Assembly: GCA_965657825.1 (NCBI GenBank)
Contig: CBFHQG010000005.1
Coordinates: 1-48,762 of the forward strand
From: Actinomycetes bacterium
GTDB lineage: Bacteria; Actinomycetota; Actinomycetes; S36-B12
DNA length: 48,762 bases
Reading direction: 5' to 3'
The number at the start of each line of letters is the position of its first letter. The first letter of the stretch is position 1. This document shows positions 19,580-28,398 of the stretch, one piece after another. The position numbers and the translations under genes are program-made. Below the pieces are notes generated by a model. That model saw only the letters and a program-made list of their open reading frames with translations. It was not told where the DNA came from and made no database searches.

Positions 19580-22500
19580 CTACTGTCCCACCTGTCGAAG
19601 GATGATCCGATTGGAACGCACCCGTTCCATGCTGCTGCTGACAGTCTCGAAGTAGACATACACCTTCTTCTTCGTCCGCCGCTGCCAGCTGAAGCCTCCA
19701 TCACGCACCATCCGCATCGACCCCTGGCGGTAGGTGGTCTCCCCCCTGAGCTTGACCCGAGCCTGCACCCGTTCACCATCGAGGTTCTCGGTGACTCCTG
19801 TGACGAACACCCGCCGAGCCAATGCTCGCGAGACCATCCGTTCGCCGGTGATGCGAATGCTGCGATCCAGCGACTGCTGGACGGCCATTCCCAGATTCGC
19901 ACTCAACGCCTCCAGGCGGCTCGTGGTGCCGACCACCTGCAACACATACTCCCCGGCCACCACCTCATCAGGCAGCACCCACGCTCCGGTGAACATTCCC
20001 GAGTCATCCACCAGCACAGCCCCGATGATCACCGGCTCACCCAGCACCGGAGACGAGTCATCGTCCGTGTCGTGCACATACACCGCGGCATAGGTCGAGG
20101 GGTGGAACCCATCACCGGACACCGCGACGCGCTGCCCGGCCATCGGCTGCACCTGATTGCCCTCCCCCAACGGCAGGGCACGCCCCGCCGGATCCAGTGC
20201 CGCCGCATCCACGGTGTAGTCACCACTGACCACCACCACCGCAGCACCCGCGTCCGGGGTGGCCGTGGCTCGGGGATCCAACTGCCCATCGATGGTCACC
20301 TTCACCGACCCCGCCGGCACCGGACCCGGCACCGGATCAGGCTGAGGAACCGGCTGCGCCGACCCACTCGGGACCACCGGAGCCGACGGTGGCGACTCCG
20401 CCCCCCACCCCGCGCCAGTCAACGCCCGACCGGTGACCGTGTAGGCGACACCATTGGTCAACCCCTCGATCACACACGAGGTTGCCGGCACCGCCACCAC
20501 ACACGACGCACCACCCGGAACCGCCCGCATCAGATAATCACTCACCGGGAACGAACCCGACGACACCGGCGCACCCCACGACACCGACACTCGACCATCC
20601 CCGGCCACAGCACTCACACCCACCGGCGGCCCCGACAGCACAACCGGAGCCGGGGTCGGTGTGGGTGTTGGGCCCGAACCCGAACCTGAGCCGGCTAAGT
20701 TCACAGTCTGCGTGCCACCCGATGTTGCGATGGACAATATGGCGGAGCGGGAGCCGGCTGCCTGCGGGTCGAAGGCCACGTCGATCGTGCAGGACGCGAA
20801 GGCCGTGATGCTCCCGCCATCAGCGCACGTCCCGCCACTTACGGAGAAATCACCGGCGTCCGTCCCCGTGATGGTGATGCCTGGTGAACTAACTCTCACG
20901 ATCGCGGCACCGGAATTCGCTACCGCTACCGTTCGGGTTGTCTGAGAACCCGAACCAACCGCCCGCGTTCCAAACGACATGCTCGAAGCACTGGTTCCGA
21001 GATCAGCTATGGCCCTCCACTGCGCATACAAAGGCAGATCTGCAGTGATGGCTGGGGTGGCTCCAGCCGAGTAGGCGGTGCCGACTCCGACCGCGGAGGT
21101 GTTCCAGCCAGCAAACTCATAGCCAGTTCGCACCAACGTGCCGGCGCCCTCGACGGTGGCTGGATCGTTGTAGTTATAGACAGTCTCATCGGTAGGCGCA
21201 GTTCCCGATGTTGCACCATTGGCGTTGTAGGTGATCGAGTAAGTGGTCGCCGAGGTGTAGGTGAAAGCGTTCGTGGCCCGCACCGCCTGCCCGTCGAGGT
21301 TGAACACGATTACATCGACTTCCCCGGGATCGCCAGGCGGTGTGGTGACAGTGAGCGACGTCGCTGTAAAGGCCGTAACGGTCGCGGCGACACCGCCGAT
21401 CGAGACGGTCGGACCGCTTCCTACCGACGAGAAGTTCGTGCCAGTGATCGTCAACGTTGTTCCCCCGACGGCGTCACCGGATGTCGGCGAGACACCGGAA
21501 ATCCCGGGCGAAGGCGCGTCGATCAGTGGCATTGTGAACTCGATCGTTGACCCGACGTCGGTGCCTGCGCTGTTGGTTGCGGTGACGTTGAAATAGTACG
21601 TGGCTCCCTGGGTCAGACCTGTGACTTCCTTGTAGACAGCCCCAGTCTCGTGGCTTGCCGACAACGGAGATTGATCAGCCGTGACCGAAGTGCAGCCGAC
21701 CAGGGTGGGAGAGGTCCCCCAGCAGAAGGACACATTCGAACTCAAACCACCGGGGTCAATCGATCCGGTGAGGATTGCCTGACCGGCCTTGTCACGGAAG
21801 ATCGCCGAAACGGTGCTCGCGTCCGGGGCGCTGGTCGTACTGAAGCTCACGATGTTGCCGGTATCCGATCCCGTGGAGTTGACGGCTTGGACACGCGCGT
21901 AATACGTCGTCCCAGGCGTCAGCCCCGTCAACGTCTTGCTCACCGACGTGCTGCTCGGCCCAGCGGCAAGGGGCGATTGGTCCGCTGCGACTTCGGTGCA
22001 TCCTGTGAGATCCGGCGCCGTGCCGAAACAGAAGGTAACTGCCGTTACAAGGTTCCCGGGATCAACATTGCCGTTCAGCACTACCGACGTGGTCGCCACC
22101 GACGTTGCCGCCGTCGTGATCGCACCAGGGGTATCGACAACGCCGATGGAGAAGACCTTCGTTGCCGTCTGACTAGTGGCATCAGTCACTTCGATGGTGA
22201 AGGACGACCCTCCATCGAATAGCGGTGTTCCCGAGATCGCCCCCGTCGTCGAATCCAAGGACAGGCCTGACGGCAGCGATCCGGCTACCACACTCCACGT
22301 GTAGGGAGCCGTGCCACCATCTGCCGCCAGCGTCTTGGAGTACACCGTGCCGACAGTGCCCGTGGTGAGAGAACCGGTAGTGGTGGTCAGCACCAGTGGG
22401 CGAGCTGATGTTGTGAAAGAGCCAATCGAACTGCTAGCGCTGCCGTTTGAATTCGTTGCCGTGACGCGCACGTAGTAGGTGGTGGATGGACTTAGCGCAG

Positions 22501-24244
22501 TCAGATCAGCGGACACATCTACTGACGTGCTCACCGCCACCAAAGGAGACTCAGCGGCGGTGACCGCGGTGCAACCCGTAAGGTCCGCAGCGGTTCCGTA
22601 GCAGAACTGCACTGTGGTGCTCAACCCCTTGGGATCAACGGATGCATTCAACCGGGCGTCGGTTGACGTCACATCAGTGGTTGACCCAAGTGTTAGAAAG
22701 GGCACGTCCAACGTGGTGAAGGACACGATCGATCCACTCGCCGATCCATCCGCATTGGTCGCGCTGACCCGCGCGTAATACCGAACACCAGGCGTCAGGC
22801 CAGAAAGCGAGGCGGAAACCGGAGCATCCGAGGTTCCAGAAACCGGAGACTGGCTTGCAGAAATGTATGTGCAGCCCGTGAGATCAGCAGCTGTGCCGTA
22901 GCAGAAGTCAACGGTCGTCGAACGATTTCCCGGATTCACCAGGCCATTGAGAATTGCAGCTGTAGTGGAGACGCTGCTTGCCGACTGGGTAGTCGAGACC
23001 GGCGCTCCTGTCGTGGCGAAGGAAGCGACGCTTCCGTAGGTGGTGGTGAATGAATTCTCAGCCACGACTTGCCAGTAGTAGGTGGTCCTGTTGGTCAGGC
23101 CGGTCAGCGTCAGCGACGTCAAACCGGTCGCACTGCTACCTGTAAGAGGAGCGGCACCACTGGCGTTCGTGAACTGTGAGGTTTGAGTGCATCCCTGCAA
23201 CGCACCACCGCTGGTTGCTGCCGTCGTTCCGTAACAGATCAAAGCTGTTGTCGGTGCTCCGTTGGGATTGACGTCGGCCGTGACACTTGCTGACGTGGCT
23301 GAGACGGATGACGCGGACTCATTCGTGATAGTTGCCGAGAAGGCCGATCCGGCATTTGGGCAGCTAGCGCCATCATTGGCCGGCGACAACGTGGTTCCGC
23401 CAAAGGTCGGGGGAGAACCCATGCTCACCACTTCAGGGTTCGACTCCGACAGTTCGGCGGATTCAATTTTGTAGACACTTCCACCGTTGACGTGGAAGTA
23501 CACGTTGCCGAGCGCGTCAGCGTAGGCAGCCCCCGTACCTCCGCTGGCCATGGCCCCCGACGTTGTCTTGTTGACTACGACTTGCGTTGTCAGGTTGACG
23601 ACCGAAAGTGTCATGGGAGTACTGGCTGTATTGGGGGAAAGCCCGTACGCCGTGTTACCGAGAACGGTGAAATCGGCCGCATTCGAACCAAACGTGTTGC
23701 CGTCCAGAGTGAAATCCGTAACGACTGGGTTGTCGGGATCGGAGACATCAACGCTCTTCCAAGCGTTGTTCCTGTTCTTGCCAAGCAGTAGGCGATTCTC
23801 ACCCCAGAAGTCACCAGCGTTGTAATCGCCGATTCCATTTCCGTTCTGTTTGAGGTCTCCGACATTCGCGTACGTGCCGTTGGCATCAACCCGAATAAGT
23901 TTGCTGTTGTAGTTGGCGTATATGAAGTTGTCGGCTGTGTTGTAGCCCATTCCATTTGGGCCACCAGTCGTAGAGTCGCCCACCGTGCTGTAGGTGTTTG
24001 TCACCGGGTCGTAGACATACAACCTCGGGCCAGGAGCCGCAGACTGATACAGCTTCGGTTCGCAGGTGAACGGCACCGGACTGCTCGCCGGTGCCACGGC
24101 CGCCTCTTCTTCCACCTGCGACACCGCATCAACCTCTGACTGCGGCTCAGCCGCCGTGGCGTAAGCCGGCAGAATCCCGGCCCCCAGAGCGAGGGCGGCC
24201 AGGGCGGGCACGAGGCGGCTGCGGGGGGATAACCGGCCGGTCAT
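19580..24244 (-). CDS. Large secreted surface protein (FN3-like repeats, putative Ig, IPT/TIG, InlB B-repeat-like, choice-of-anchor D, FN3, basic C-terminal domain)
   Basis: Signal peptide; S/T/G-rich; GGTAPYTWS...GSLPSGLSL, ISGVSPTSG...GGTTLTITGTNF, YNANGA...RTGYEFAGWNT...LYAQW. Confidence 0.88.
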   Translation of the reverse strand: MTGRLSPRSRLVPALAALALGAGILPAYATAAEPQSEVDAVSQVEEEAAVAPASSPVPFTCEPKLYQSAAPGPRLYVYDPVTNTYSTVGDSTTGGPNGMGYNTADNFIYANYNSKLIRVDANGTYANVGDLKQNGNGIGDYNAGDFWGENRLLLGKNRNNAWKSVDVSDPDNPVVTDFTLDGNTFGSNAADFTVLGNTAYGLSPNTASTPMTLSVVNLTTQVVVNKTTSGAMASGGTGAAYADALGNVYFHVNGGSVYKIESAELSESNPEVVSMGSPPTFGGTTLSPANDGASCPNAGSAFSATITNESASSVSATSASVTADVNPNGAPTTALICYGTTAATSGGALQGCTQTSQFTNASGAAPLTGSSATGLTSLTLTGLTNRTTYYWQVVAENSFTTTYGSVASFATTGAPVSTTQSASSVSTTAAILNGLVNPGNRSTTVDFCYGTAADLTGCTYISASQSPVSGTSDAPVSASLSGLTPGVRYYARVSATNADGSASGSIVSFTTLDVPFLTLGSTTDVTSTDARLNASVDPKGLSTTVQFCYGTAADLTGCTAVTAAESPLVAVSTSVDVSADLTALSPSTTYYVRVTATNSNGSASSSIGSFTTSARPLVLTTTTGSLTTGTVGTVYSKTLAADGGTAPYTWSVVAGSLPSGLSLDSTTGAISGTPLFDGGSSFTIEVTDATSQTATKVFSIGVVDTPGAITTAATSVATTSVVLNGNVDPGNLVTAVTFCFGTAPDLTGCTEVAADQSPLAAGPSSTSVSKTLTGLTPGTTYYARVQAVNSTGSDTGNIVSFSTTSAPDASTVSAIFRDKAGQAILTGSIDPGGLSSNVSFCWGTSPTLVGCTSVTADQSPLSASHETGAVYKEVTGLTQGATYYFNVTATNSAGTDVGSTIEFTMPLIDAPSPGISGVSPTSGDAVGGTTLTITGTNFSSVGSGPTVSIGGVAATVTAFTATSLTVTTPPGDPGEVDVIVFNLDGQAVRATNAFTYTSATTYSITYNANGATSGTAPTDETVYNYNDPATVEGAGTLVRTGYEFAGWNTSAVGVGTAYSAGATPAITADLPLYAQWRAIADLGTSASSMSFGTRAVGSGSQTTRTVAVANSGAAIVRVSSPGITITGTDAGDFSVSGGTCADGGSITAFASCTIDVAFDPQAAGSRSAILSIATSGGTQTVNLAGSGSGSGPTPTPTPAPVVLSGPPVGVSAVAGDGRVSVSWGAPVSSGSFPVSDYLMRAVPGGASCVVAVPATSCVIEGLTNGVAYTVTGRALTGAGWGAESPPSAPVVPSGSAQPVPQPDPVPGPVPAGSVKVTIDGQLDPRATATPDAGAAVVVVSGDYTVDAAALDPAGRALPLGEGNQVQPMAGQRVAVSGDGFHPSTYAAVYVHDTDDDSSPVLGEPVIIGAVLVDDSGMFTGAWVLPDEVVAGEYVLQVVGTTSRLEALSANLGMAVQQSLDRSIRITGERMVSRALARRVFVTGVTENLDGERVQARVKLRGETTYRQGSMRMVRDGGFSWQRRTKKKVYVYFETVSSSMERVRSNRIILRQVGQ
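21535..23340 (-). repeat. Five ~100-aa FN3-like protein repeats (FCYGT..LTGC...GLTP..YY.RV.A.N), with an Ig-like domain between copies 3 and 4
   Basis: Visible in the translation; boundaries approximate. Confidence 0.8.
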
Positions 24245-24284
24245 GCTTCAGTTTTAGGCCGATCCCCGAGCCAATCCCCGATCC

Positions 24285-24298
24285 TTCACGATCGTGAA
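24285..24298. promoter_or_regulatory. Perfect palindrome TTCACGATCGTGAA, putative operator of the 1554-aa surface gene
   Basis: 41 nt upstream of the start; near-identical copy at 27919-27932. Confidence 0.65.
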
Positions 24299-24349
24299 AT
24301 CCCCCGCCCCCGCATCATCGCGCGTCCATGCCTCGCACAGATCGGGAGC

Positions 24350-24358
24350 TGTGGATAA
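24350..24358 (+). promoter_or_regulatory. Perfect DnaA-box sequence TGTGGATAA
   Basis: Exact reverse complement of TTATCCACA, upstream of the DUF222/HNH gene. Confidence 0.5.
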
Positions 24359-24415
24359 CTATCCTTGTAAAATGTTGTCCTGCAAGGGAAAATGGGTGTG
24401 TTGGGGGTTGACTCG

Positions 24416-24451
24416 TGTCTGACCCTTGATCTAGAATCGTACTCATGTTCG
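24416..24451 (+). promoter_or_regulatory. RecA-NDp-like promoter plus LexA SOS-box-like site
   Basis: TGTCTG-N10-TAGAAT (24416-24437); CGTAC-TCAT-GTTCG (24438-24451, one mismatch to CGAAC-N4-GTTCG) over the ATG. Confidence 0.7.
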
Positions 24452-25911
24452 CATCCTCGCATCTGACTCCGGAGGGCCGCTACGGGTTGGCCCTGGATCA
24501 GATCGAGGCTGGCTTGGATGTGCTCACCGAGGCCGATCCCACCGAGTTGGATCCTTCAGTTCTGGGTGGGTTCATGCTGAAGCTGATGACTCAGTCCCGG
24601 AGCATGGGTGCTGCCCAATCAGTCCTCGCCGACCGATTCGCATCGTCTGGTGTGTGGGCTGATGAGGGGGCGAAGACTGCGCACGCGTGGGTGACCGCGA
24701 AGACGAACGAGTCCCTGCACCGGGCCCGGGCGGCGGTGGACACCGGTGCGGGGATGCGGGCCCATCCGGAGATGGCGGTCGCCTACGCCGAGGGGAAAGT
24801 CTCCGCCCGGCATGTGGACATCCTGGCTGCGACGGCCGGCAAGTTCCCGACCGTGCGGGGGCACCTGGAAGCGAATGCCGACGTGATCGTGGAGATCGCG
24901 ACCCACCTGCCGGCCAAAGACTTCGCTGAGAACCTAACCGCGTGGTGCCACATGTTCGACCCGGGCGCGGTCGAGCGCGATGAACGTAAACGCGACAGTG
25001 AGGCCTATCTGCATCTGTCCCGGATCGGGGGCGGCATGTGGCGGCTGGACGGATTGCTGCCCGACGAGGTCGGGACGCAATTCAAAGCGCTGCTGGATGC
25101 CGCGCTGCGCCGGGTACGGGCTGATGCGAAGAAGAAAGATCGCGCCGAGGATGGGTTTGCGCAGGAACGATTGTCAGATTCAGGCGATAGTGGCAAGGAA
25201 ACGTGCGCAAATTCAAACTCTGAGGTGATCGGCATTGATGTGTTGGGCAACCCGATCTATGCCGACGAGACTCCAACCGAGGTGATGGACAACCGGTTCG
25301 GATCCCGGCAGAACATTGATGGTCTGCGCTACCTGTTCAACCTCCTCGCCCCCGCCACCAACCCTGACGGCACCATCGCCCTACCGACTGTGAACGGAGC
25401 CCGACCGGTGGTGCACCTGACCGTCGACATCGAATCCCTTCTCGAAGACTCCAGGAACGCAGCCGCAGCGTGGCTCGAGCGGTTCGGGGTGCCGACCAGC
25501 GTGATCTCCGCGGCGAAAGCGAAGCTGCTGGCCTGTGACGCCACGCTCGAGCCGATGATCATGCGCGACGGACAACTCCTCGCCACCCTGCCCAGTATCC
25601 AGACCGTACCCGCCCACCTACGCAAAGCGGTCATGCTGCGCGATGAGGCCTGCCGGATCAACTCCTGTGACGCACCGATCGCCGAGGTCCATCACCTGAT
25701 CTACCTGTCCCAGGGCGGACCGACCACGATGAGCAACCTCGCCGGCCTGTGCTGGTACCACCACCACATGATCCACGAGGGGAAATGGACCCTCACCGGC
25801 GATGCAAATCACGAACTCACCCTGACCAACACCGCCACCGGTCAGCAATGGACCAACCGGCCACCACCCAAGAAACGCGTAGGACTTCCTCGCCAGCGAA
25901 AACGGGAATGA
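24445..25911 (+). CDS. DUF222 / HNH endonuclease (13E12-repeat-like)
   Basis: GMWRLDGLL, RPVVHLTVD, LACDA, LRKAVMLRDEACRINSC...EVHHL...GGPTTMSNLAGLCWYHHHMIH. Confidence 0.9.
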   Translation: MFASSHLTPEGRYGLALDQIEAGLDVLTEADPTELDPSVLGGFMLKLMTQSRSMGAAQSVLADRFASSGVWADEGAKTAHAWVTAKTNESLHRARAAVDTGAGMRAHPEMAVAYAEGKVSARHVDILAATAGKFPTVRGHLEANADVIVEIATHLPAKDFAENLTAWCHMFDPGAVERDERKRDSEAYLHLSRIGGGMWRLDGLLPDEVGTQFKALLDAALRRVRADAKKKDRAEDGFAQERLSDSGDSGKETCANSNSEVIGIDVLGNPIYADETPTEVMDNRFGSRQNIDGLRYLFNLLAPATNPDGTIALPTVNGARPVVHLTVDIESLLEDSRNAAAAWLERFGVPTSVISAAKAKLLACDATLEPMIMRDGQLLATLPSIQTVPAHLRKAVMLRDEACRINSCDAPIAEVHHLIYLSQGGPTTMSNLAGLCWYHHHMIHEGKWTLTGDANHELTLTNTATGQQWTNRPPPKKRVGLPRQRKRE

Positions 25912-25918
25912 CCCGCCG

Positions 25919-27877
25919 TCAACGGGGAATGATGATCCGGTTGGACCGAGTTTTCTGCCCGTCCTCGCCCACGGCCTGGAAGAACACATAGACCCGCTTG
26001 TTGGTCCGCCGCTGCCAGGTCACATCCTGCTTACCCCGAGCCACCCGGATGCTCTCGGCAACCGCATAGCGCACCTGCCCCGGCCACCTCACCCACACCG
26101 ACACCGAACCTGTCGACATGCCCGACACCTCGCCAACCACGCTCACCATCCGACCCGTGCGCGAACCGGTCACCACGATCGCAGGTGCAGCCACCGGAGT
26201 TACTGAGACAGGCTCACTCCGCGCCCCCCAACCAGCACCGGTCAACGCCCGCACCCGCACCTCATACTCCGTACCGTTCGACAGGCCCTCCAAGGTGCAG
26301 CCGGTAGTTTCCGCGGAAACCAGACACGACCCACCACTTGGCCGTGTCGTCACCTGATAGTGAGTGATCGGAAACGACCCGGACGATTCCGGTGCAGCCC
26401 ACAACACTGATGCTGAACTATCGCCACCTGTCACAACCACGTCGACAGGCGCTGATGCAGGGACTGCCGGAGTGGGCTGAGGCGGCGCTGTTAGACCAGT
26501 GCCGGAGAGCCCAGCCGTTACCGAACCTGCTGACGTTGCAACTGTAAGCGTGGCGGAACGTGCACCGGATTGTGTCGGAGCAAACGCGAGATCAATCGTG
26601 CAGGAACCACCGACAGCAACAGTGGCGCCCGCATTACACGTGCCGCCGGTGACCGTGTAGTGGCCATCGTCAATGCCCGTGATCGTGATGCCCCCGCCGT
26701 TGATCGTCAGTGAGGAGCCACCGGTGTTACTGAACGTGATACTGGAGGTGACGGAGGTAGCACCCACCGTGATCGACCCGAAGGGCACACTCGCTGAGCT
26801 GAGGGTGGGTGTGGGTGCGGGGCCCGCGATGAAGGTATTCGTCGCCGCGATCCCCGCCGGGACCGTGGAACTGCCGTTGTAGATCAGATCGGGGGTGTTC
26901 CCAGAGAACGTGTTTCCGGTGACGGTGGCGGTTGCGGGAGCCGTCACGGAAGTTGACAACCCGTAGTCGGCATTGTTGATGAACTGATTGTCGGTCACAG
27001 TGTTGTGAAAGAACCAGCCTTTGGCGTCACTCTTCCAGGGATTGATTTCCGCACCGAGGCTGTTGGCCTCTATTCGATTGTTGTGGAACTCATGATTGCC
27101 AGCTCCCACGAACGACGCGGCCTGGTAGTTGCGCAGGAAAGTCGAATCGCGCACGATCATGGTGCGTTGGGCGCGGAGAGTTATGAAGTCCTCATTGTCG
27201 ACAAACGTCGACCCTTCGATGGTGACGACGTTGTTAGCCGGAACCCCAGAATCCGTCGACCCATGGTTGGCTTGAATCAGGTAGGACGAGTCATCTGCTG
27301 AATTGTTGCGAAAGGTGCTGTCCTGGATCGTCAGGAATGAATCCGATTCCTTGTTGTAGACGATGTTTCCCCATGCCGATCCCGTCAACATGATGTTCTC
27401 GACAGTGACACGACGGAAAATGGTGGTCGCTTTCGTGTTGTGGATCAGCGACCCAAAGTTTCGATCGGCTGGAGGCGTTCCGGTGAGCGTCATGTCTGTG
27501 ACGGTGGTGTTGCCCCCGTTGATGAAGAACGGACGGAACGTCCCGGAATCCACGGTGAGGGACGACTCGCCCGGACCGCTGATCGTCACCTGTTTCGTGA
27601 ACTGCGGCAGACTGGATGTCAGCGTGATCACCGCTGGATCTGGAAGCGAGAACGTAATCGTGTATCCGTTTCCGGAATTCGCCGTGATGATCGCCTCCCG
27701 GAGGGTCAAGACCCCATCACTCGAGTTCACCGTATCGGCAGTGCTATCGACGATCAGGATCGAGGAGGCCGCCACCTCAGTTGCGTTCATCGTCCCGGTC
27801 GTGACCACACCGCCAATCAGTACTCCGACCGCCAGAATCCCAAGCCCACGACGACCCACTGGTGAAACGACACTCAC
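25919..27877 (-). CDS. Secreted surface protein (CSLREA-like N-terminus, beta-helix, choice-of-anchor D, FN3, basic C-terminal domain)
   Basis: VDSTADT...LTLREAI, STFRNN/STFVDN beta-helix repeats, GSFPITHY...RALTGAGWG; start 27877 or 27880. Confidence 0.85.
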   Translation of the reverse strand: MSVVSPVGRRGLGILAVGVLIGGVVTTGTMNATEVAASSILIVDSTADTVNSSDGVLTLREAIITANSGNGYTITFSLPDPAVITLTSSLPQFTKQVTISGPGESSLTVDSGTFRPFFINGGNTTVTDMTLTGTPPADRNFGSLIHNTKATTIFRRVTVENIMLTGSAWGNIVYNKESDSFLTIQDSTFRNNSADDSSYLIQANHGSTDSGVPANNVVTIEGSTFVDNEDFITLRAQRTMIVRDSTFLRNYQAASFVGAGNHEFHNNRIEANSLGAEINPWKSDAKGWFFHNTVTDNQFINNADYGLSTSVTAPATATVTGNTFSGNTPDLIYNGSSTVPAGIAATNTFIAGPAPTPTLSSASVPFGSITVGATSVTSSITFSNTGGSSLTINGGGITITGIDDGHYTVTGGTCNAGATVAVGGSCTIDLAFAPTQSGARSATLTVATSAGSVTAGLSGTGLTAPPQPTPAVPASAPVDVVVTGGDSSASVLWAAPESSGSFPITHYQVTTRPSGGSCLVSAETTGCTLEGLSNGTEYEVRVRALTGAGWGARSEPVSVTPVAAPAIVVTGSRTGRMVSVVGEVSGMSTGSVSVWVRWPGQVRYAVAESIRVARGKQDVTWQRRTNKRVYVFFQAVGEDGQKTRSNRIIIPR

Positions 27878-27917
27878 CACCCCAAGTTAGGTGATTCCCT
27901 GAGCGGAACCACCGATC

Positions 27918-27933
27918 GTTCACAATCGTGAAC
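27918..27933. promoter_or_regulatory. Palindrome GTTCACAATCGTGAAC, putative operator of the 653-aa surface gene
   Basis: Core begins 42 nt upstream of GTG 27877; 13 of 14 nt identical to 24285-24298. Confidence 0.65.
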
Positions 27934-27961
27934 TCCATCCTCAAGGGGATAGATTGCTTCC

Positions 27962-28384
27962 GTGATCACCGTGCCTGTCTATCGCCGGTTCTCCGACCTC
28001 GACCCGCTCGGCCACGTCAACAACGTCGTGTACCACGACTATCTGCAGGAGGCCAGGGTCGGCATCATCGGTGGCATGGACGGCGTGCTCGGGTCGGGGT
28101 TCTCCCAGATCGTGGTCGACCAGCATGTGCACCACCTCGCACCGCTGGGATATGCCCGCGAACCGATCCAGATCGAGGTCTGGATGGAGACGATGAAGCG
28201 CTCGTCGTATGTGCTCGGCTACCGCATCTATGACGAGAACGGGGTTGTCGTGGCCGAGGCCACCAGTCGGCTCGCGGTGATCGATCCCGAAACCGGTCGA
28301 CCCATCCGCATCCCGCAGGAGATCCACGACCGGCTCGCCGCCGCATTGGTCGAGCACGGGATCGAAGAGCCAACCGAAGCCTGA
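27962..28384 (+). CDS. Acyl-CoA thioesterase (4HBT/YbgC hotdog fold)
   Basis: RFSDLDPLGHVNNVVYHDYLQEAR. Confidence 0.9.
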   Translation: MITVPVYRRFSDLDPLGHVNNVVYHDYLQEARVGIIGGMDGVLGSGFSQIVVDQHVHHLAPLGYAREPIQIEVWMETMKRSSYVLGYRIYDENGVVVAEATSRLAVIDPETGRPIRIPQEIHDRLAAALVEHGIEEPTEA

Positions 28385-28398
28385 CAGAATCTGTCGGC

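Noticed and set aside
19576-19902. 109-aa N-terminal extension of the response regulator
   Set aside because: It overlaps the surface gene in another frame; the RBS and receiver domain begin at 19575
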